A DNA stretch of 50,478 nt from an uncultured bacterium (GCA_963977015.1 CAXBMO010000035.1:1-50478), one strand, 5' to 3'. Positions 10,200-21,380 are shown, counted from the stretch's first letter. Program-made: numbers and translations. The notes: generated from the sequence alone by a model not told the origin.

Positions 10200-11687
10200 T
10201 CATTCTGCTTTGGAACCGACCTCAGCTCTCCAATCCACATGCAGCCGGGTTAGCCGCTCGACGATCTCCGGGCTTTGGTCGGCGAGATTGCGAGTTTCGC
10301 CAGGGTCATCTTCGAGGTTGTAGAGATGAATGCCGGACCGGATGTCGATTTGTTCGGTGTTGCTAATCCGCTGCGAGGCTTTTTCGTCTATCGTTTTCAT
10401 GAGTTTCCATTTACCGGATCGGACAGACCACTGAAAACCCAGATCCCAGTGCAAAACTCGTTCTGAGTCAAAACCGGAGTCTTTTTCGGAGAGCGATTTA
10501 ACCTGACTGATTCCATCGAACGCATTCTCTTCGTAGGGGACTCCGCACCACTGAAGCAATGTCGGGGCAATATCCAAGGCTGAAAATACGAGGGAGTCGT
10601 TGATATAGGCATTTGCCACACGGCCTGGATATTTCACGATCGTAAGAGTCCGGGTACCACCTTCGAGCAGATGATATTTGCCCCCGGCCAGTGGTCCGTT
10701 TTCAGCCCAGTCCGGTGTGCACCCGCCGTTATCGATGGTATAGATGATGATGGTGTTATCAGAAATACCCGATTTCTCGAGGTGATCGGATAATCTGCCG
10801 ATGGCGCTGTCCATGAGTTCCAGCTGGGCGAGATACCATCCCCGTCCTTCCGGCATCTCTCTACGATGAGGGCGTGCATACCATTCCATATAAGCGGCTC
10901 CGGCTTCCTTTTTACTCATCGTTGCCGGTAGTTTGAGGTCTTCAAATGTCGGCAGGTTTCGTTTCTTCAGTTCGGCTTCCGGTAGTTGCCACGCAAAGTT
11001 GTGCACCGCATTGTAGGCCAATAGAATGAAGAACGGATCTTCGGTTTCCTGATCGATGAATTCAATAGCCCTGTCTGTCCAGTCATCGGTGGTGAAACCT
11101 TCCCAATCGTCGACGGCCCGGTCATTGTCCCACATCGTCCCCAGGGCCATTTGTAAGATCGCAAAGGGATGGCCATAGTCTTCCCGTAGCGCATCCGAAT
11201 GATGGAGATAGTGAATTCGTCCTCCCACGGAACCGAAGAAACGGTCATACCCCAGCTGCAAAGGAAATCCAATCTGCCCGGGCGTCTTCGTCGCACTGCC
11301 GACAAAGTGATGTTTGCCAAAATGGGCCGTTCGATAACCGGCCTTCTGAAGTCGGGCAGGCAGAGTCTTTTCTGCTTCGGCACTGGTAAGCGCGCGTGCT
11401 CCCCCATAATGATACGCCCCGAATCGAGCCTGATAACGGCCCGTGGTTAAGCCCATTCGGGCCGGACTGCAAATCGCACTGGTTGCGTATGCCTGAGTCA
11501 GAACGGTGCCCTCTTTGGCAAGTTGATCGAGATGCGGAGTCTTGACATCGTCCCTGAGCCCCATGAATCCAAAATCGGCGAATCCTTGATCGTCGGCCAC
11601 GATTAGTAAGACGTTTGGACGATCAGCCGCCTGACCTGCTGAAATGGCGAGTGAAAAAACGGTGAAAGCAAGCAGCTGAAATTTCAT
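10200..11687 (-). CDS. Secreted Cys-type sulfatase
   Basis: Signal peptide, RPNVLLIVADDQG, CSPARMGLTTGR, GKHH, YNAVH, IDNGG, LEGGTR, LYNLEDDPGETRNLA. Confidence 0.94.
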   Translation of the reverse strand: MKFQLLAFTVFSLAISAGQAADRPNVLLIVADDQGFADFGFMGLRDDVKTPHLDQLAKEGTVLTQAYATSAICSPARMGLTTGRYQARFGAYHYGGARALTSAEAEKTLPARLQKAGYRTAHFGKHHFVGSATKTPGQIGFPLQLGYDRFFGSVGGRIHYLHHSDALREDYGHPFAILQMALGTMWDNDRAVDDWEGFTTDDWTDRAIEFIDQETEDPFFILLAYNAVHNFAWQLPEAELKKRNLPTFEDLKLPATMSKKEAGAAYMEWYARPHRREMPEGRGWYLAQLELMDSAIGRLSDHLEKSGISDNTIIIYTIDNGGCTPDWAENGPLAGGKYHLLEGGTRTLTIVKYPGRVANAYINDSLVFSALDIAPTLLQWCGVPYEENAFDGISQVKSLSEKDSGFDSERVLHWDLGFQWSVRSGKWKLMKTIDEKASQRISNTEQIDIRSGIHLYNLEDDPGETRNLADQSPEIVERLTRLHVDWRAEVGSKAE

Positions 11688-11736
11688 TGCGGAGATTTAA
11701 ACCCGTCTACAAGGCTATAGACAGCTAAATTTCCCT

Positions 11737-12160
11737 TCAGATGGGCTGTTTCAAAGGGAGACATATTTCGGATTTCTGACTGTCAACACCAATAACATCG
11801 CAAGACGACACATGCCGATGTCCGTTAAGACACAGCTTAAACGGGGTTGGGTCACTCAGGTCCGTGGAGTCTATCGACAGCTTCTGCAGCTGATTCGAGC
11901 CATGCGCCCGCAGTTTCTCCGGGGGCGTAAGGACCAGCACGGTAAACTGGAAGCTGGCGTTCCCGGGACTTCCACCATGTGAGAGCCACGTCTTGGTTTG
12001 CGGACGCAACCACGGGATAAAATTTTCTAGATCGGTCGCCACGTCGGTATTGCGCTTGAAGCTTATGTTGGAGTAATCGAACGCCCGCAAGTACAGCGCA
12101 GCAACCGGAGGTCTGGATTCCGGGCGGGCTGGGAATAGCCAGTGGAGACGTGAGGGACTG
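11737..12160 (-). pseudogene. Probable degraded gene fragment, possibly a lyase (heparinase II/III-like) C-terminal beta-domain
   Basis: One frame reads PSRLHWLF...LYLRAFDYSNISF...KTWLSHGGSPGNASFQFTVLVLTP, with no credible start and an in-frame stop just upstream. The family resemblance is weak. Confidence 0.25.
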
Positions 12161-12249
12161 ATTATTCACCGCTCAACATGTTGTAGCGGTATCTCGACGA
12201 AGAGAATGCTGGTAATTCAGGCGGTCCGGAAAAATAATCGAAGAAATTC

Positions 12250-12280
12250 TGTAACCAAGGTTCCCGGGTTGGTACTACAT
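12250..12280 (+). promoter_or_regulatory. Candidate ECF-type promoter upstream of the sigma factor gene
   Basis: TGTAAC-N16-GTACTAC just upstream of ATG 12292. An AAC-containing -35 is typical of ECF promoters. Inference only. Confidence 0.35.
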
Positions 12281-12291
12281 CACGACCAATC

Positions 12292-12810
12292 ATGAAAGAA
12301 CCCGACCGAGAATTCGTTTTTCAACTCACCGACTGGCAGAACCGGCTGTTCGGCTATCTGGTCACTTTGTTGGGCAATACCCATGACGCGCGCGACGTCC
12401 TTCAGGAAACCAACCTGGTTCTCTGGCAGAAAATCGAGGAATACGATTCGGACACGAACTTCGGTGCGTGGTCAAAGAAGTGCGCCTATTTCCAGGCCCT
12501 CGCCTTTCTCCGCGATCGAAAAAGAGACCGGCACATCTTTGACGACGATCTCCTGACCAGATTCGCAGAGGAGGAACCAGAACACTCCGACGAAGAAGAA
12601 CGTGACCTCGCCCTTCGCGACTGTCTGAGTCAACTGCCCGATCAACAGCGGGAGATCATCAGCGAACGCTATCGCAGGAATACTCCGGTCCGGCAGGTGG
12701 CCAAAATTTTCGGTAAAAAGGAAAACGCAATGAAGGTGTCACTGATGCGCATTCGCCAGTCACTTTTCCGTTGTATCGAATCCAAACTGGAGGCTTCAGC
12801 ATCATCATGA
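12292..12810 (+). CDS. ECF sigma-70 factor (Rhodopirellula/Verrucomicrobium type)
   Basis: 172 aa. Region 2 DARDVLQETNLVLWQK...NFGAW, region 4 LRDCLSQLPDQQREIISERY...LMRIRQSLFRCIE. ATGA overlap with the next gene. Confidence 0.95.
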   Translation: MKEPDREFVFQLTDWQNRLFGYLVTLLGNTHDARDVLQETNLVLWQKIEEYDSDTNFGAWSKKCAYFQALAFLRDRKRDRHIFDDDLLTRFAEEEPEHSDEEERDLALRDCLSQLPDQQREIISERYRRNTPVRQVAKIFGKKENAMKVSLMRIRQSLFRCIESKLEASASS

Positions 12811-14414
12811 ACGACCCCGGATTTGACGAGAAAAAATTGCTGGCTCTGATCTCGGACTTATTGGACGGGACGATCGACAATGAGTCGCGCGAATCGCTCA
12901 ATGCCTTGCTGAAGCAAAGCTCCCAGGCCCGTCGATTCTATCGCGGCCACATGGAGTTGCATGCGCGACTGCATCTCAGTTATGAAACTAGCGGGGTCAG
13001 CTCAATGCCTGAGATGTCGCGCATTCTGAAAGGCGGCGATATCGGCGGCGAGACTCAATCACCCCCCCCTCGTGCCGGTTGGTGGATGGGGATTGCCGCC
13101 GCTCTGATTGCTGGTTTGCTGGTCAATGCACTCGTCATCAGCAGGGTCGACACCTCGGATTATTCGGATGGGGAATTTGTCGAATCGAGTGGTGGTGTAG
13201 CGGTTTTAAGCCGGGCCATTGAGGAGAAATGGGCCGCGGATTCGCCGAACTATCGCGAGGGCAACACTCTCCCAGCCGGCAGGCTGCAGTTGGCCTCCGG
13301 CCTATTGCAGATTGAGTTCTTCGGTGGTGCCTCGGTAATTCTGGAAGGGCCTGCGGAGTTCGAGATTTTATCCGAGGAACGGGCCCGGTTTCATCGCGGC
13401 CGCCTGCGAGCCTTCGTGCCGGAACCGGCGCAGGGTTTCACGATCGAGGGACCGGGATTCGACGCGGTGGATCTCGGCACGGAATTTGCCATGAGCGTGG
13501 ATGCCGCGGGCCATGGAGAAGTTCATGTCGTCGATGGAGAAGTGGCGCTACACGAAAAGTCAGGTTCGCTGTTGAAGAGTCTCACCACGGGCATGGCGAG
13601 CCGATCCACCGAGGCTGCTCCGGGCGATTTGGAACCGATTGAAAGCCGCGGTGCAGACTTCGTCGGGCGGGAACAGATGGAAGCGATGTCTCTTCAGCAT
13701 GGGAATCAAAAGGCGGAGATTTGGAGACAGCAGCGGCATCGTTGGGCAGGCGATCCTGACACCCTGGTATTCTTCGATTTCGAGAATCAAAAAAACTGGG
13801 ACCGGCAACTCATGAGTTTGAAAGAGGGCGGACCACGGGGAGCGATCGTCGGGGCGCAATGGACTCAGGGACGCTGGCCGGGAAAAGGGGCACTGGAGTT
13901 TAAACGACCCAGCGACCGGGTGCGGATGGAGATTCCGGGGGAATTTGAATCGGTCAGTTTCTCGGCGTGGGTTCGGATCGAAGGTTTCGACCGTTGGTTG
14001 AGCTCGTTGATGCTGACGGATGGCTGGGACACGGGTGAACCGCACTGGCAGATCAGTGATGCAGGCGAGTTGATCCTCGGCATCAACGGCATGCGCAACG
14101 CCTACTCCCCACCGGTCATTGGTCCGCAGTCCCTCGGAAAATGGCTCCATGTCGCAAGCGTCTTTGACGAAAAAGCGCAACTGGTCTCGCACTATTTGAA
14201 TGGTGAAGTCGTGTCGACCATGAAGGTGAACCGGACGGTCGCAGTTCGATTTGGCGCAGCTGAGATCGGCAACTGGCGTTCAAAGGATCGGACCGAGGAC
14301 CTGAACAAGATTCGGGTTCTTAATGGACGGATTGACGAATTTCTCATCCTGGGGCGCGCGCTGTCCGACAGCGATATTCGCGACATCTACCACAACGGAG
14401 CGCCCGGCAATTGA
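12807..14414 (+). CDS. FecR-like anti-sigma factor with C-terminal LamG/concanavalin-A-like domain
   Basis: N-terminal anti-sigma helix (LISDLLDGTI...LNALLKQSSQARRFY), one TM (WWMGIAAALIAGLLV), FecR (VILEGPAEF...VDLGTEFAMSV...EVHVVDGEV), LamG (GRWPGKGALEF, SFSAWVR, WLHVASVFD, LNGRIDEF). Confidence 0.9.
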   Translation: MNDPGFDEKKLLALISDLLDGTIDNESRESLNALLKQSSQARRFYRGHMELHARLHLSYETSGVSSMPEMSRILKGGDIGGETQSPPPRAGWWMGIAAALIAGLLVNALVISRVDTSDYSDGEFVESSGGVAVLSRAIEEKWAADSPNYREGNTLPAGRLQLASGLLQIEFFGGASVILEGPAEFEILSEERARFHRGRLRAFVPEPAQGFTIEGPGFDAVDLGTEFAMSVDAAGHGEVHVVDGEVALHEKSGSLLKSLTTGMASRSTEAAPGDLEPIESRGADFVGREQMEAMSLQHGNQKAEIWRQQRHRWAGDPDTLVFFDFENQKNWDRQLMSLKEGGPRGAIVGAQWTQGRWPGKGALEFKRPSDRVRMEIPGEFESVSFSAWVRIEGFDRWLSSLMLTDGWDTGEPHWQISDAGELILGINGMRNAYSPPVIGPQSLGKWLHVASVFDEKAQLVSHYLNGEVVSTMKVNRTVAVRFGAAEIGNWRSKDRTEDLNKIRVLNGRIDEFLILGRALSDSDIRDIYHNGAPGN

Positions 14415-14495
14415 GCCTCTCTGCCGCCTCTAATACCAACAGATTTTCTCCCACTCTTTTCCCCTAAGACTGCTGTTTCCAGATCGCCCGTCATC

Positions 14496-16721
14496 ATGAG
14501 ACAATTCTTCCCCTCTACGCTGCCCGCCTTTCTCCTTCTTTTGATATTCGTTGCCAACGCCACCGCCGAAAGTCCCGTGGGTGGCGATCACGCCGAAAAT
14601 ATGAAGAAAGGCATGGCCCTCTTCACAGATTCGATCCGTCCTGCTTTACTTGAACATTGTGTGGACTGTCACGGCGGGGAAAAAACCCGGGGAGGACTCA
14701 ATCTTGCTTCCCGGGAGAGTTTGCTTGCAGGTGGCGATTCCGGAGCGGCGGTGGATCTCAGGAGACCGGCGGAAAGCTTCCTACTTATTCTGATGCGGCA
14801 CGAGGAGGAGCCGTTTATGCCGGCCAAGAAACCAAAGCTTGAGGCGAATCTCCTGGCTGAGTTCGAACAGTGGATTCGGTTGGGAGTGCCCTATGACAGC
14901 CCCCTGGTCGAAGGCACCGGCGGGAATCTGGAAATGACAGTCACCGATCGGGATCGGGAGTTCTGGTCATTCCGCCCCCTGACTGTATCATCGCCGCCGG
15001 CCATTGAGGATCCGTGGATTCGATCCGATATCGATCGCTTTGTTCTGGCTGCGCAACGCCGCGAAAATCTGACCCCGAATCCAGCTGCCGAAAAGCACCA
15101 GCTCGCCCGTCGCGCTTTTCTGGATCTCACCGGTCTGCCGCCGACTCCGGAAGAGATGGAAACCTTTCTATCCGATACCTCCCCGGATGCCTGGCCAAAT
15201 CTGATCGACCGCCTGCTCGCCTCGGAAGACTATGGTCCCCGCGCCGCGCGATTCTGGATGGATGTGGCGCGGTTTGCCGAAAGCTCCGGCTTTGAACACG
15301 ACTCTGACCGCAAGACGGCTTACCACTACCGCGATTTCCTGATCAACGCCTTCAATGCGGATCTTCCTTGGGATAAAATGGTGAGTTGGCAAGTGGCCGG
15401 AGATGAACTGGCACCTGAGAATCCTTTGGCCATGATGGCCACCGGTTTTCTGTCCGCCGGAGTCTTTCCCACGCAGCTGACCGAAGCCGAGTTCGAGTCG
15501 GCCCGTTACGATGAGATCGACGACATGGTCGGCACGACCGGAATGGCTTTTCTTGGGCTCTCGATTGCTTGCGCCCGTTGCCACGATCACAAGTATGATC
15601 CTTTTCCAGTGAAGGATTACTATGAGATGGCGGCGACCTTCGCCACCGCCATTCGGAGTGAGGAGGAAATCGCCGTTCCTTTCGGCAGGAACGAAAAGGC
15701 CAAGGTCATGGTTTGTTCGGAAGGGGTGCCTCCGCTTAAGCATCATGCCGACAAACGTGGTTATCCCCATTTCTACGAGGATGTCCATTACCTGTCGCGG
15801 GGAGATGCGAATCAGAAGGGCGAAGTGGCCAAGCAAAGCTTTCTCGAAGTTCTCATGCCGAACGCCGATGCGGCCGACCAATGGATCGTGGATCCGGAGC
15901 CCGGTTCAAAATCCAGTTTCCGGCGTGCCTCACTAGCCAACTGGATGACCGACACCGAAGGGGGGGCGGGTCACCTGCTTGCACGTGTCATTGTCAACCG
16001 GGTTTGGCAGCAGCACTTCGGTCGTGGAATCGTCGCCACCCCCAATGATTTTGGTTTCCAGGGCGAGCGCCCCACTCATCCCGAATTGCTCGACTGGCTG
16101 GCAAATGATCTGATCGCGCACGACTGGCGGCTCAAGCGTCTCCACCGGATGATCATGACCAGCGCCACCTACCGTCAATCCCCGGAAAGCGATTCCGCCC
16201 GCGTAGAACGCGATCCCGATAACCGGTTTCTGTGGCGTTTCGCTCCGCGCCGACTGGAAGCCGAAGCGATTCGCGATTCCATTCTCGCTGTGTCAGGTCA
16301 ACTCGACCGGACTCCCTATGGCGCCGGGTCTTTGTCCCCGGACATGAAGCGCCGCAGCATTTATTTCACAATCAAACGCAGCCGCCCACCGAATGCGATG
16401 ATCGTCTTCGACTGGCCGGAACACCTCGTGAGTATCGGTCGTCGATCGACCACAACCATTGCTCCGCAGGCCCTTCACTTCATGAATAGCGATGAAGTCC
16501 GTCGTTCTGCGACTGGCCTTGCCAAGCGTGCAGGCGATCTCAACGGAGTTTATCGAATCGCATTGAACCGGTCCGCCCGGGATGAAGAAATCGCGACAGC
16601 GGAATCCTTTATCAAGTCGCAGGCGGCCTGCTACGAAGGCCTCGCCGATGCCCGCGAGCGCGCCCTGATCGATTTCTGTCAGGCAATACTCGGATCCAAC
16701 GAATTCCTCTATCTGCAATGA
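14496..16721 (+). CDS. PSD1 (DUF1553) + DUF1549 + Planctomycete cytochrome c protein, compact form
   Basis: Sec signal, [84 protein letters not shown]. Confidence 0.93.
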   Translation: MRQFFPSTLPAFLLLLIFVANATAESPVGGDHAENMKKGMALFTDSIRPALLEHCVDCHGGEKTRGGLNLASRESLLAGGDSGAAVDLRRPAESFLLILMRHEEEPFMPAKKPKLEANLLAEFEQWIRLGVPYDSPLVEGTGGNLEMTVTDRDREFWSFRPLTVSSPPAIEDPWIRSDIDRFVLAAQRRENLTPNPAAEKHQLARRAFLDLTGLPPTPEEMETFLSDTSPDAWPNLIDRLLASEDYGPRAARFWMDVARFAESSGFEHDSDRKTAYHYRDFLINAFNADLPWDKMVSWQVAGDELAPENPLAMMATGFLSAGVFPTQLTEAEFESARYDEIDDMVGTTGMAFLGLSIACARCHDHKYDPFPVKDYYEMAATFATAIRSEEEIAVPFGRNEKAKVMVCSEGVPPLKHHADKRGYPHFYEDVHYLSRGDANQKGEVAKQSFLEVLMPNADAADQWIVDPEPGSKSSFRRASLANWMTDTEGGAGHLLARVIVNRVWQQHFGRGIVATPNDFGFQGERPTHPELLDWLANDLIAHDWRLKRLHRMIMTSATYRQSPESDSARVERDPDNRFLWRFAPRRLEAEAIRDSILAVSGQLDRTPYGAGSLSPDMKRRSIYFTIKRSRPPNAMIVFDWPEHLVSIGRRSTTTIAPQALHFMNSDEVRRSATGLAKRAGDLNGVYRIALNRSARDEEIATAESFIKSQAACYEGLADARERALIDFCQAILGSNEFLYLQ

Positions 16722-18172
16722 AAGACCAGGACCCAACACCCGCATCACTTTTCTCTCGACGAAACCTGCTCCGCCGCGCCGGGGCCGGCGCCGGAATGCT
16801 CGGACTCGCTTCCCTCTTGCAGGACCAGAAACTCCTTGGTGCCGTCGGCAAAAGCTTGAATCCGCTGGCCGCGAAAACGACCCGCCATTTCGCGCGTGCT
16901 AAACGCGTCATCTGGATTTTCATCAATGGAGGGCCTAGCCAGGTCGATACCTGGGACTACAAACCGGACCTGGCTAAGCATGACGGTAAGGAACTGGAAG
17001 GACTCGATAAGTTCACCGGTTTCTTCGCCAATTCAGTGGGCGGAATCATGAAATCTCCGTTCGAATTCCGGCCCCGTGGCAAGTGCGGGAAAATGGTTTC
17101 CGACCTGTTTCCGCACCTCGGCGAACACGTCGACAAAATGAGTTTCATCCACTCAGGCCACACGGAGTCCAACAACCACAGTCCGGCCCTGTTCATGATG
17201 AATTGCGGCATTCCGCGAATGGGTCTCCCCTGCGCAGGATCGTGGGTTTCCTATGGGCTGGGCAGCGAGAGTTCCGACCTGCCCGCTTTTGTTGTGATGT
17301 CGGATCCCCAAAACCGCGGTCTTCCGAAAGGTCAGGCCGGAAACTGGAGCGCAGGCTTCCTTCCCGGTGCCTATCAGGGAACCTGGCTGAAGCCTTCCGG
17401 CGATCCTATTGAGAATCTCTTCCGCTCCGAAAACGTGCCTCCGCCAGCACAACGAAACCAGCTCGATCTGCTGGCCAAACTCAATCGCGATCACAGTTCC
17501 AGCCTGCCACACGACAGCGACCTCGCCGCCCGGATCGAAAGCTACGAACTCGCCTACCGCATGCAGATGACCGCGCCCGATGCGCTGGATATTCAACAGG
17601 AACCGGAACACATCAAATCTCTTTACGGGCTCGATCAAAAGCACTGCGGGCACTTCGCCGAACAGTGCCTCACCGCGAGACGTCTGGTGGAACGCGGCGT
17701 TCGCTTCGTTCAGATCTACTCCGGTGGAATGGAAAACCAGCTCAGTTGGGATGGCCACAAAGACATCAAAGGAAACCACTCCCAATTCGCCGCCGAAACC
17801 GATCAACCGGTCGCCGGGCTATTGGCCGATCTCGACCAGCGCGGCCTGCTCGATGAAACCCTCGTGGTGTGGGGCGGTGAGTTCGGTCGCCTGCCCGTCG
17901 CTCAGAAGGGCGACAAACCCGGTCGCGATCACAATCCTCACTGCTTTACCATGTGGATGGCCGGTGGAGGCGTGAAGGGGGGCGTCAGCTACGGCGAATC
18001 CGACGAAATTGGACACAAGGCCGCAGTCGATCCGGTGCACGTGAACGATATCCACGCCACCATGCTGCACCTGCTCGGCCTGGATCACGAGAAGCTGACC
18101 TACAATTACGCAGGTCGCAGATTCAGGCTGACCGATGTCGGTGGTGAAGTGCTGCACAAGATCATCGCGTAA
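16718..18172 (+). CDS. DUF1501 family protein (Tat-exported, AlkP/sulfatase-like)
   Basis: SRRNLL Tat motif, AKRVIWIFINGGPSQVDTWDYKP, CLTARRLVERGVRFVQ, WDGH, GEFGR, GRDHNP, RLTDV. ATGA overlap with the PSD1 gene. Confidence 0.95.
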   Translation: MKDQDPTPASLFSRRNLLRRAGAGAGMLGLASLLQDQKLLGAVGKSLNPLAAKTTRHFARAKRVIWIFINGGPSQVDTWDYKPDLAKHDGKELEGLDKFTGFFANSVGGIMKSPFEFRPRGKCGKMVSDLFPHLGEHVDKMSFIHSGHTESNNHSPALFMMNCGIPRMGLPCAGSWVSYGLGSESSDLPAFVVMSDPQNRGLPKGQAGNWSAGFLPGAYQGTWLKPSGDPIENLFRSENVPPPAQRNQLDLLAKLNRDHSSSLPHDSDLAARIESYELAYRMQMTAPDALDIQQEPEHIKSLYGLDQKHCGHFAEQCLTARRLVERGVRFVQIYSGGMENQLSWDGHKDIKGNHSQFAAETDQPVAGLLADLDQRGLLDETLVVWGGEFGRLPVAQKGDKPGRDHNPHCFTMWMAGGGVKGGVSYGESDEIGHKAAVDPVHVNDIHATMLHLLGLDHEKLTYNYAGRRFRLTDVGGEVLHKIIA

Positions 18173-18193
18173 AACGTCACTTCCTGTTTCCGA

Positions 18194-21100
18194 ATGAAAG
18201 CGCCGCGCATCAGGATTCGAACCTGCCTCACTCTGTCAGCTTTTTTGGCTGTGGTCTCAACGTCATCCGGAGATGACGACGCCGAAGTCGATTTCAACCG
18301 CGACATTCGGCCGATCCTTTCCGACAAGTGCTTTCACTGTCATGGTCCGGACGCGGCCAACCAGAAATCCGACTTCCGAATCGATACCTTCGAGCACGCC
18401 ACTGCCGACCTCAACGGAGTGAAGGGAATCGTACCGGGGAACCTCAGGGACAGCGAAGTTCACTGGCGCATTCGGATGCCAAATGACGACATCGACGTCA
18501 TGCCGCCGCTCGATTCGAACCGCGTTCTCACCAGGAGAGAAAAGGAGCTTCTCGACAAGTGGATTGAGCAGGGTGCGAAGTATGACCGGCATTGGTCCTT
18601 CGAAAAGCCGGTAAAGGCGCCCTTTCCAGAGCTCTCCGAGCCGTCGAACCTCGAAAGAGTCGAAAACGCCATCGACCATTTTGTATTCGCCCGGCTCGAG
18701 TCAGAGAAACTTGAGCCTCGACCGATGGCCGATCTGGAAACCCGGCTGCGCCGTGCCGCGCTTACACTGACGGGGCTTCCGCCGGAACCGACGGAAGTCG
18801 ATGTCGTCCTGGCGAAGGCAAAGGAAAACCCCGGAAAGGCCTACGCCGAATTCGTCGACGGGCTGCTTGCCTCAACGGACTACGCCGAGCGCCAGGCGTT
18901 GCGTTGGCTGGATGCGGCACGTTTCGCCGATACCGACGGCTACCAGATTGACACGCCCCGGTCCAACTGGCCGTGGCGCGACTGGGTGATTCATGCCTTC
19001 GACGAGAACATGCCTTTCGACCAGTTCACGATTGAACAACTCGCCGGGGACATGCTTCCGAACGCAAGCCAGAAGCAGATTCTCGCTTCCGCATTCAATC
19101 GCAATCACCGCCAGAATGCCGAGGGCGGCGCGCTCGCCGATGAGTTCTTGGTCGAAAATGTCATCGACCGGGTTGAGACCACCTCGACCGTCTGGCTCGG
19201 TCTGACCATGGGCTGCGCGCGCTGCCACGACCACAAGTATGATCCGCTCAGTCAGCGCGAATTCTTTCAAATGTTCGCCTACTTCAACAACATTGGCGAA
19301 AGAGGTATCGGCAAGGGCATCAACGCCAACCCGACCATGGATTTCCGCTCCCCGCTGGTCGAGCCACCCGCGGAATTGCTGACTGCCCTCGACGAGGCGG
19401 AGGCCGCGTTGAGCGAGGCTCGAAACGGATTGGCGCAGCGCCGAGACGCATGGATCGCCGAAACGGAAATCCTGTTGAAGGAGGGTGAACAGGCAAATTG
19501 GCAAGCTTTTCCCGACTCGCGACGCGCGGAGGTTTCCGGCGGCGACGGAGAACTGACGCGTGACGGCGAAGGCACCTGGCTCTTTGGCGGGCAGAACGTT
19601 GACGAGGCGATCTATGAAATCACCTTCGCCGCTGACAAGGATACCGAAATCACGGGCATTCGCCTCGACGCCCTGCCGCACCCGACATTCGGAAAACCGC
19701 GTCAACTTGCTGGCAGCACGAATGGCAACTTTGTTCTCACGGATGTGACGCTGAGCGCCGTCGACCAGCGCTCGGGTCGTTCCCGCGACTTGCCAATCGC
19801 CCGCGCCTCAGCCACCTTCGAACAGAACGGCTACCCGGTTTCAAATGCCATCGACGACGAAGACAGCAGCGGCTGGGCGGTGTTTGGTCCGGATGTTCGA
19901 CCGGAAGAACTGAGCGCCTACTTTGTCCTCGCCACGCCGGCCCGGCTTGCTCCCGGGGAACAGTTCGAGGTCCGGCTCGCACACCAATCGCGTTTCGTCG
20001 ACCACAACATCGGGCGCTTCCGCCTGTGGTTCAGCAGTGAAGACCTGGGCGAAAAAGTCGATCGCGCCACCCTCGGATCCAAGGTAGTGGCCGCGTTGGA
20101 AACGCCGGCCGGGCGTCGCAGCGGAGCTGAACGCAAAACCCTGACCGATTACTATCGAACCATCGACAAGCCCCTCCGGCAGGCAGGGCGTACCGTGACG
20201 CGAATTGAGCGGGAACTGGCGTCCATGGGGGCGGAAAGCGTACCGGTGATGATCATGCAGGAGCGCGAAGGCGAACCGGTGCCAGCTTACTTGCTTGAGC
20301 GCGGCCAGTACGATGCGCCCGTTCGGTCGAAAGAGCTTTCCCGCGCCGTGCCAGTGGCCATTTTCGAAGGCAGTGATGCAGACCAGCCCCGTGACCGGCT
20401 CGAGTTTGCCCGTTGGATCGTCTCGAAGGACAACCCGCTCACCGCCCGCGTCATCGTCAATCGCGTCTGGCGGGACCATTTCGGAATCGGTCTCGTGGGA
20501 ACCAGCGAGGATTTCGGTGCGCAAGGCGAGTTGCCCAGCCATCCGCGACTGCTCGATTGGCTTGCCGTTGAGTTCATGGAGTCCGGCTGGGACCTCAAGG
20601 CGCTCCATCGTCTCATCGTCACCAGTGCAACGTTCCAACAGGGTTCCGCCACCGATCCAACTCTGTTGGCTCGAGATCCCGGAAACCGACTGCTTGCCCA
20701 TGGACCACGCTATCGACTGGACGGATTCGCCATTCGTGATACGGCCCTGCATGCCGCGGGGCTTCTCGATTCCCGCGTCGGTGGACGTCCCGTGAAACCC
20801 TACCAACCCGCCGGTCTTTGGAGTTCTCTGGCATCGAACGCCAAGACCGAATACAAGGTCAGTGATGGCAGCGATCTTTACCGCAAGAGTCTCTACACCT
20901 ATTGGAAACGTGCCGTGAACCCGCCCCGCCAGTTGATCTTTGATTCCGGCGGGCGCGAGGCCTGCGATGTTGGTGTACGCCGGACAAACACTCCGCTGCA
21001 GGCCCTCGTGCTGATGAACGATGTGACCTTCCTCGAAGCGGCCCGACACCTTGGGAGACGTGCAATTCGTTTCTCAGAAAGCGAATCCGAACGGTTGGAA

Positions 21101-21334
21101 GCGCTCTACCGATTCGCGACCTCGGCGCGACCCGACCCCGTTAAGCTCGATATCATGAAGGACAACCTGGTGCATTTTCGAGGGCACTTTGAGGCCTACC
21201 CTGACGTTGCCACAAAATTTCTCGCCGTCGGCGATTCGCCCCGTGATGAGTCGATCGGTGCTTCGGAGCATGCCGCTTGGATGGCCGTTGCGCATCTCAT
21301 CCTTAATCTCGACACCACAATAAGTGTGGAATAA
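18194..21334 (+). CDS. PSD1/DUF1549/Planctomycete cytochrome c protein with inserted discoidin/galactose-binding-like domain
   Basis: [45 protein letters not shown], insert ITGIRLDAL...GNFVLTDV...ASATFEQ...AIDD...[29 protein letters not shown]. Confidence 0.93.
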   Translation: MKAPRIRIRTCLTLSAFLAVVSTSSGDDDAEVDFNRDIRPILSDKCFHCHGPDAANQKSDFRIDTFEHATADLNGVKGIVPGNLRDSEVHWRIRMPNDDIDVMPPLDSNRVLTRREKELLDKWIEQGAKYDRHWSFEKPVKAPFPELSEPSNLERVENAIDHFVFARLESEKLEPRPMADLETRLRRAALTLTGLPPEPTEVDVVLAKAKENPGKAYAEFVDGLLASTDYAERQALRWLDAARFADTDGYQIDTPRSNWPWRDWVIHAFDENMPFDQFTIEQLAGDMLPNASQKQILASAFNRNHRQNAEGGALADEFLVENVIDRVETTSTVWLGLTMGCARCHDHKYDPLSQREFFQMFAYFNNIGERGIGKGINANPTMDFRSPLVEPPAELLTALDEAEAALSEARNGLAQRRDAWIAETEILLKEGEQANWQAFPDSRRAEVSGGDGELTRDGEGTWLFGGQNVDEAIYEITFAADKDTEITGIRLDALPHPTFGKPRQLAGSTNGNFVLTDVTLSAVDQRSGRSRDLPIARASATFEQNGYPVSNAIDDEDSSGWAVFGPDVRPEELSAYFVLATPARLAPGEQFEVRLAHQSRFVDHNIGRFRLWFSSEDLGEKVDRATLGSKVVAALETPAGRRSGAERKTLTDYYRTIDKPLRQAGRTVTRIERELASMGAESVPVMIMQEREGEPVPAYLLERGQYDAPVRSKELSRAVPVAIFEGSDADQPRDRLEFARWIVSKDNPLTARVIVNRVWRDHFGIGLVGTSEDFGAQGELPSHPRLLDWLAVEFMESGWDLKALHRLIVTSATFQQGSATDPTLLARDPGNRLLAHGPRYRLDGFAIRDTALHAAGLLDSRVGGRPVKPYQPAGLWSSLASNAKTEYKVSDGSDLYRKSLYTYWKRAVNPPRQLIFDSGGREACDVGVRRTNTPLQALVLMNDVTFLEAARHLGRRAIRFSESESERLEALYRFATSARPDPVKLDIMKDNLVHFRGHFEAYPDVATKFLAVGDSPRDESIGASEHAAWMAVAHLILNLDTTISVE

Positions 21335-21380
21335 TTCTTTCTCTATCAGGACCGGTGAGAGCAAACTCAGAAAATCTTCC

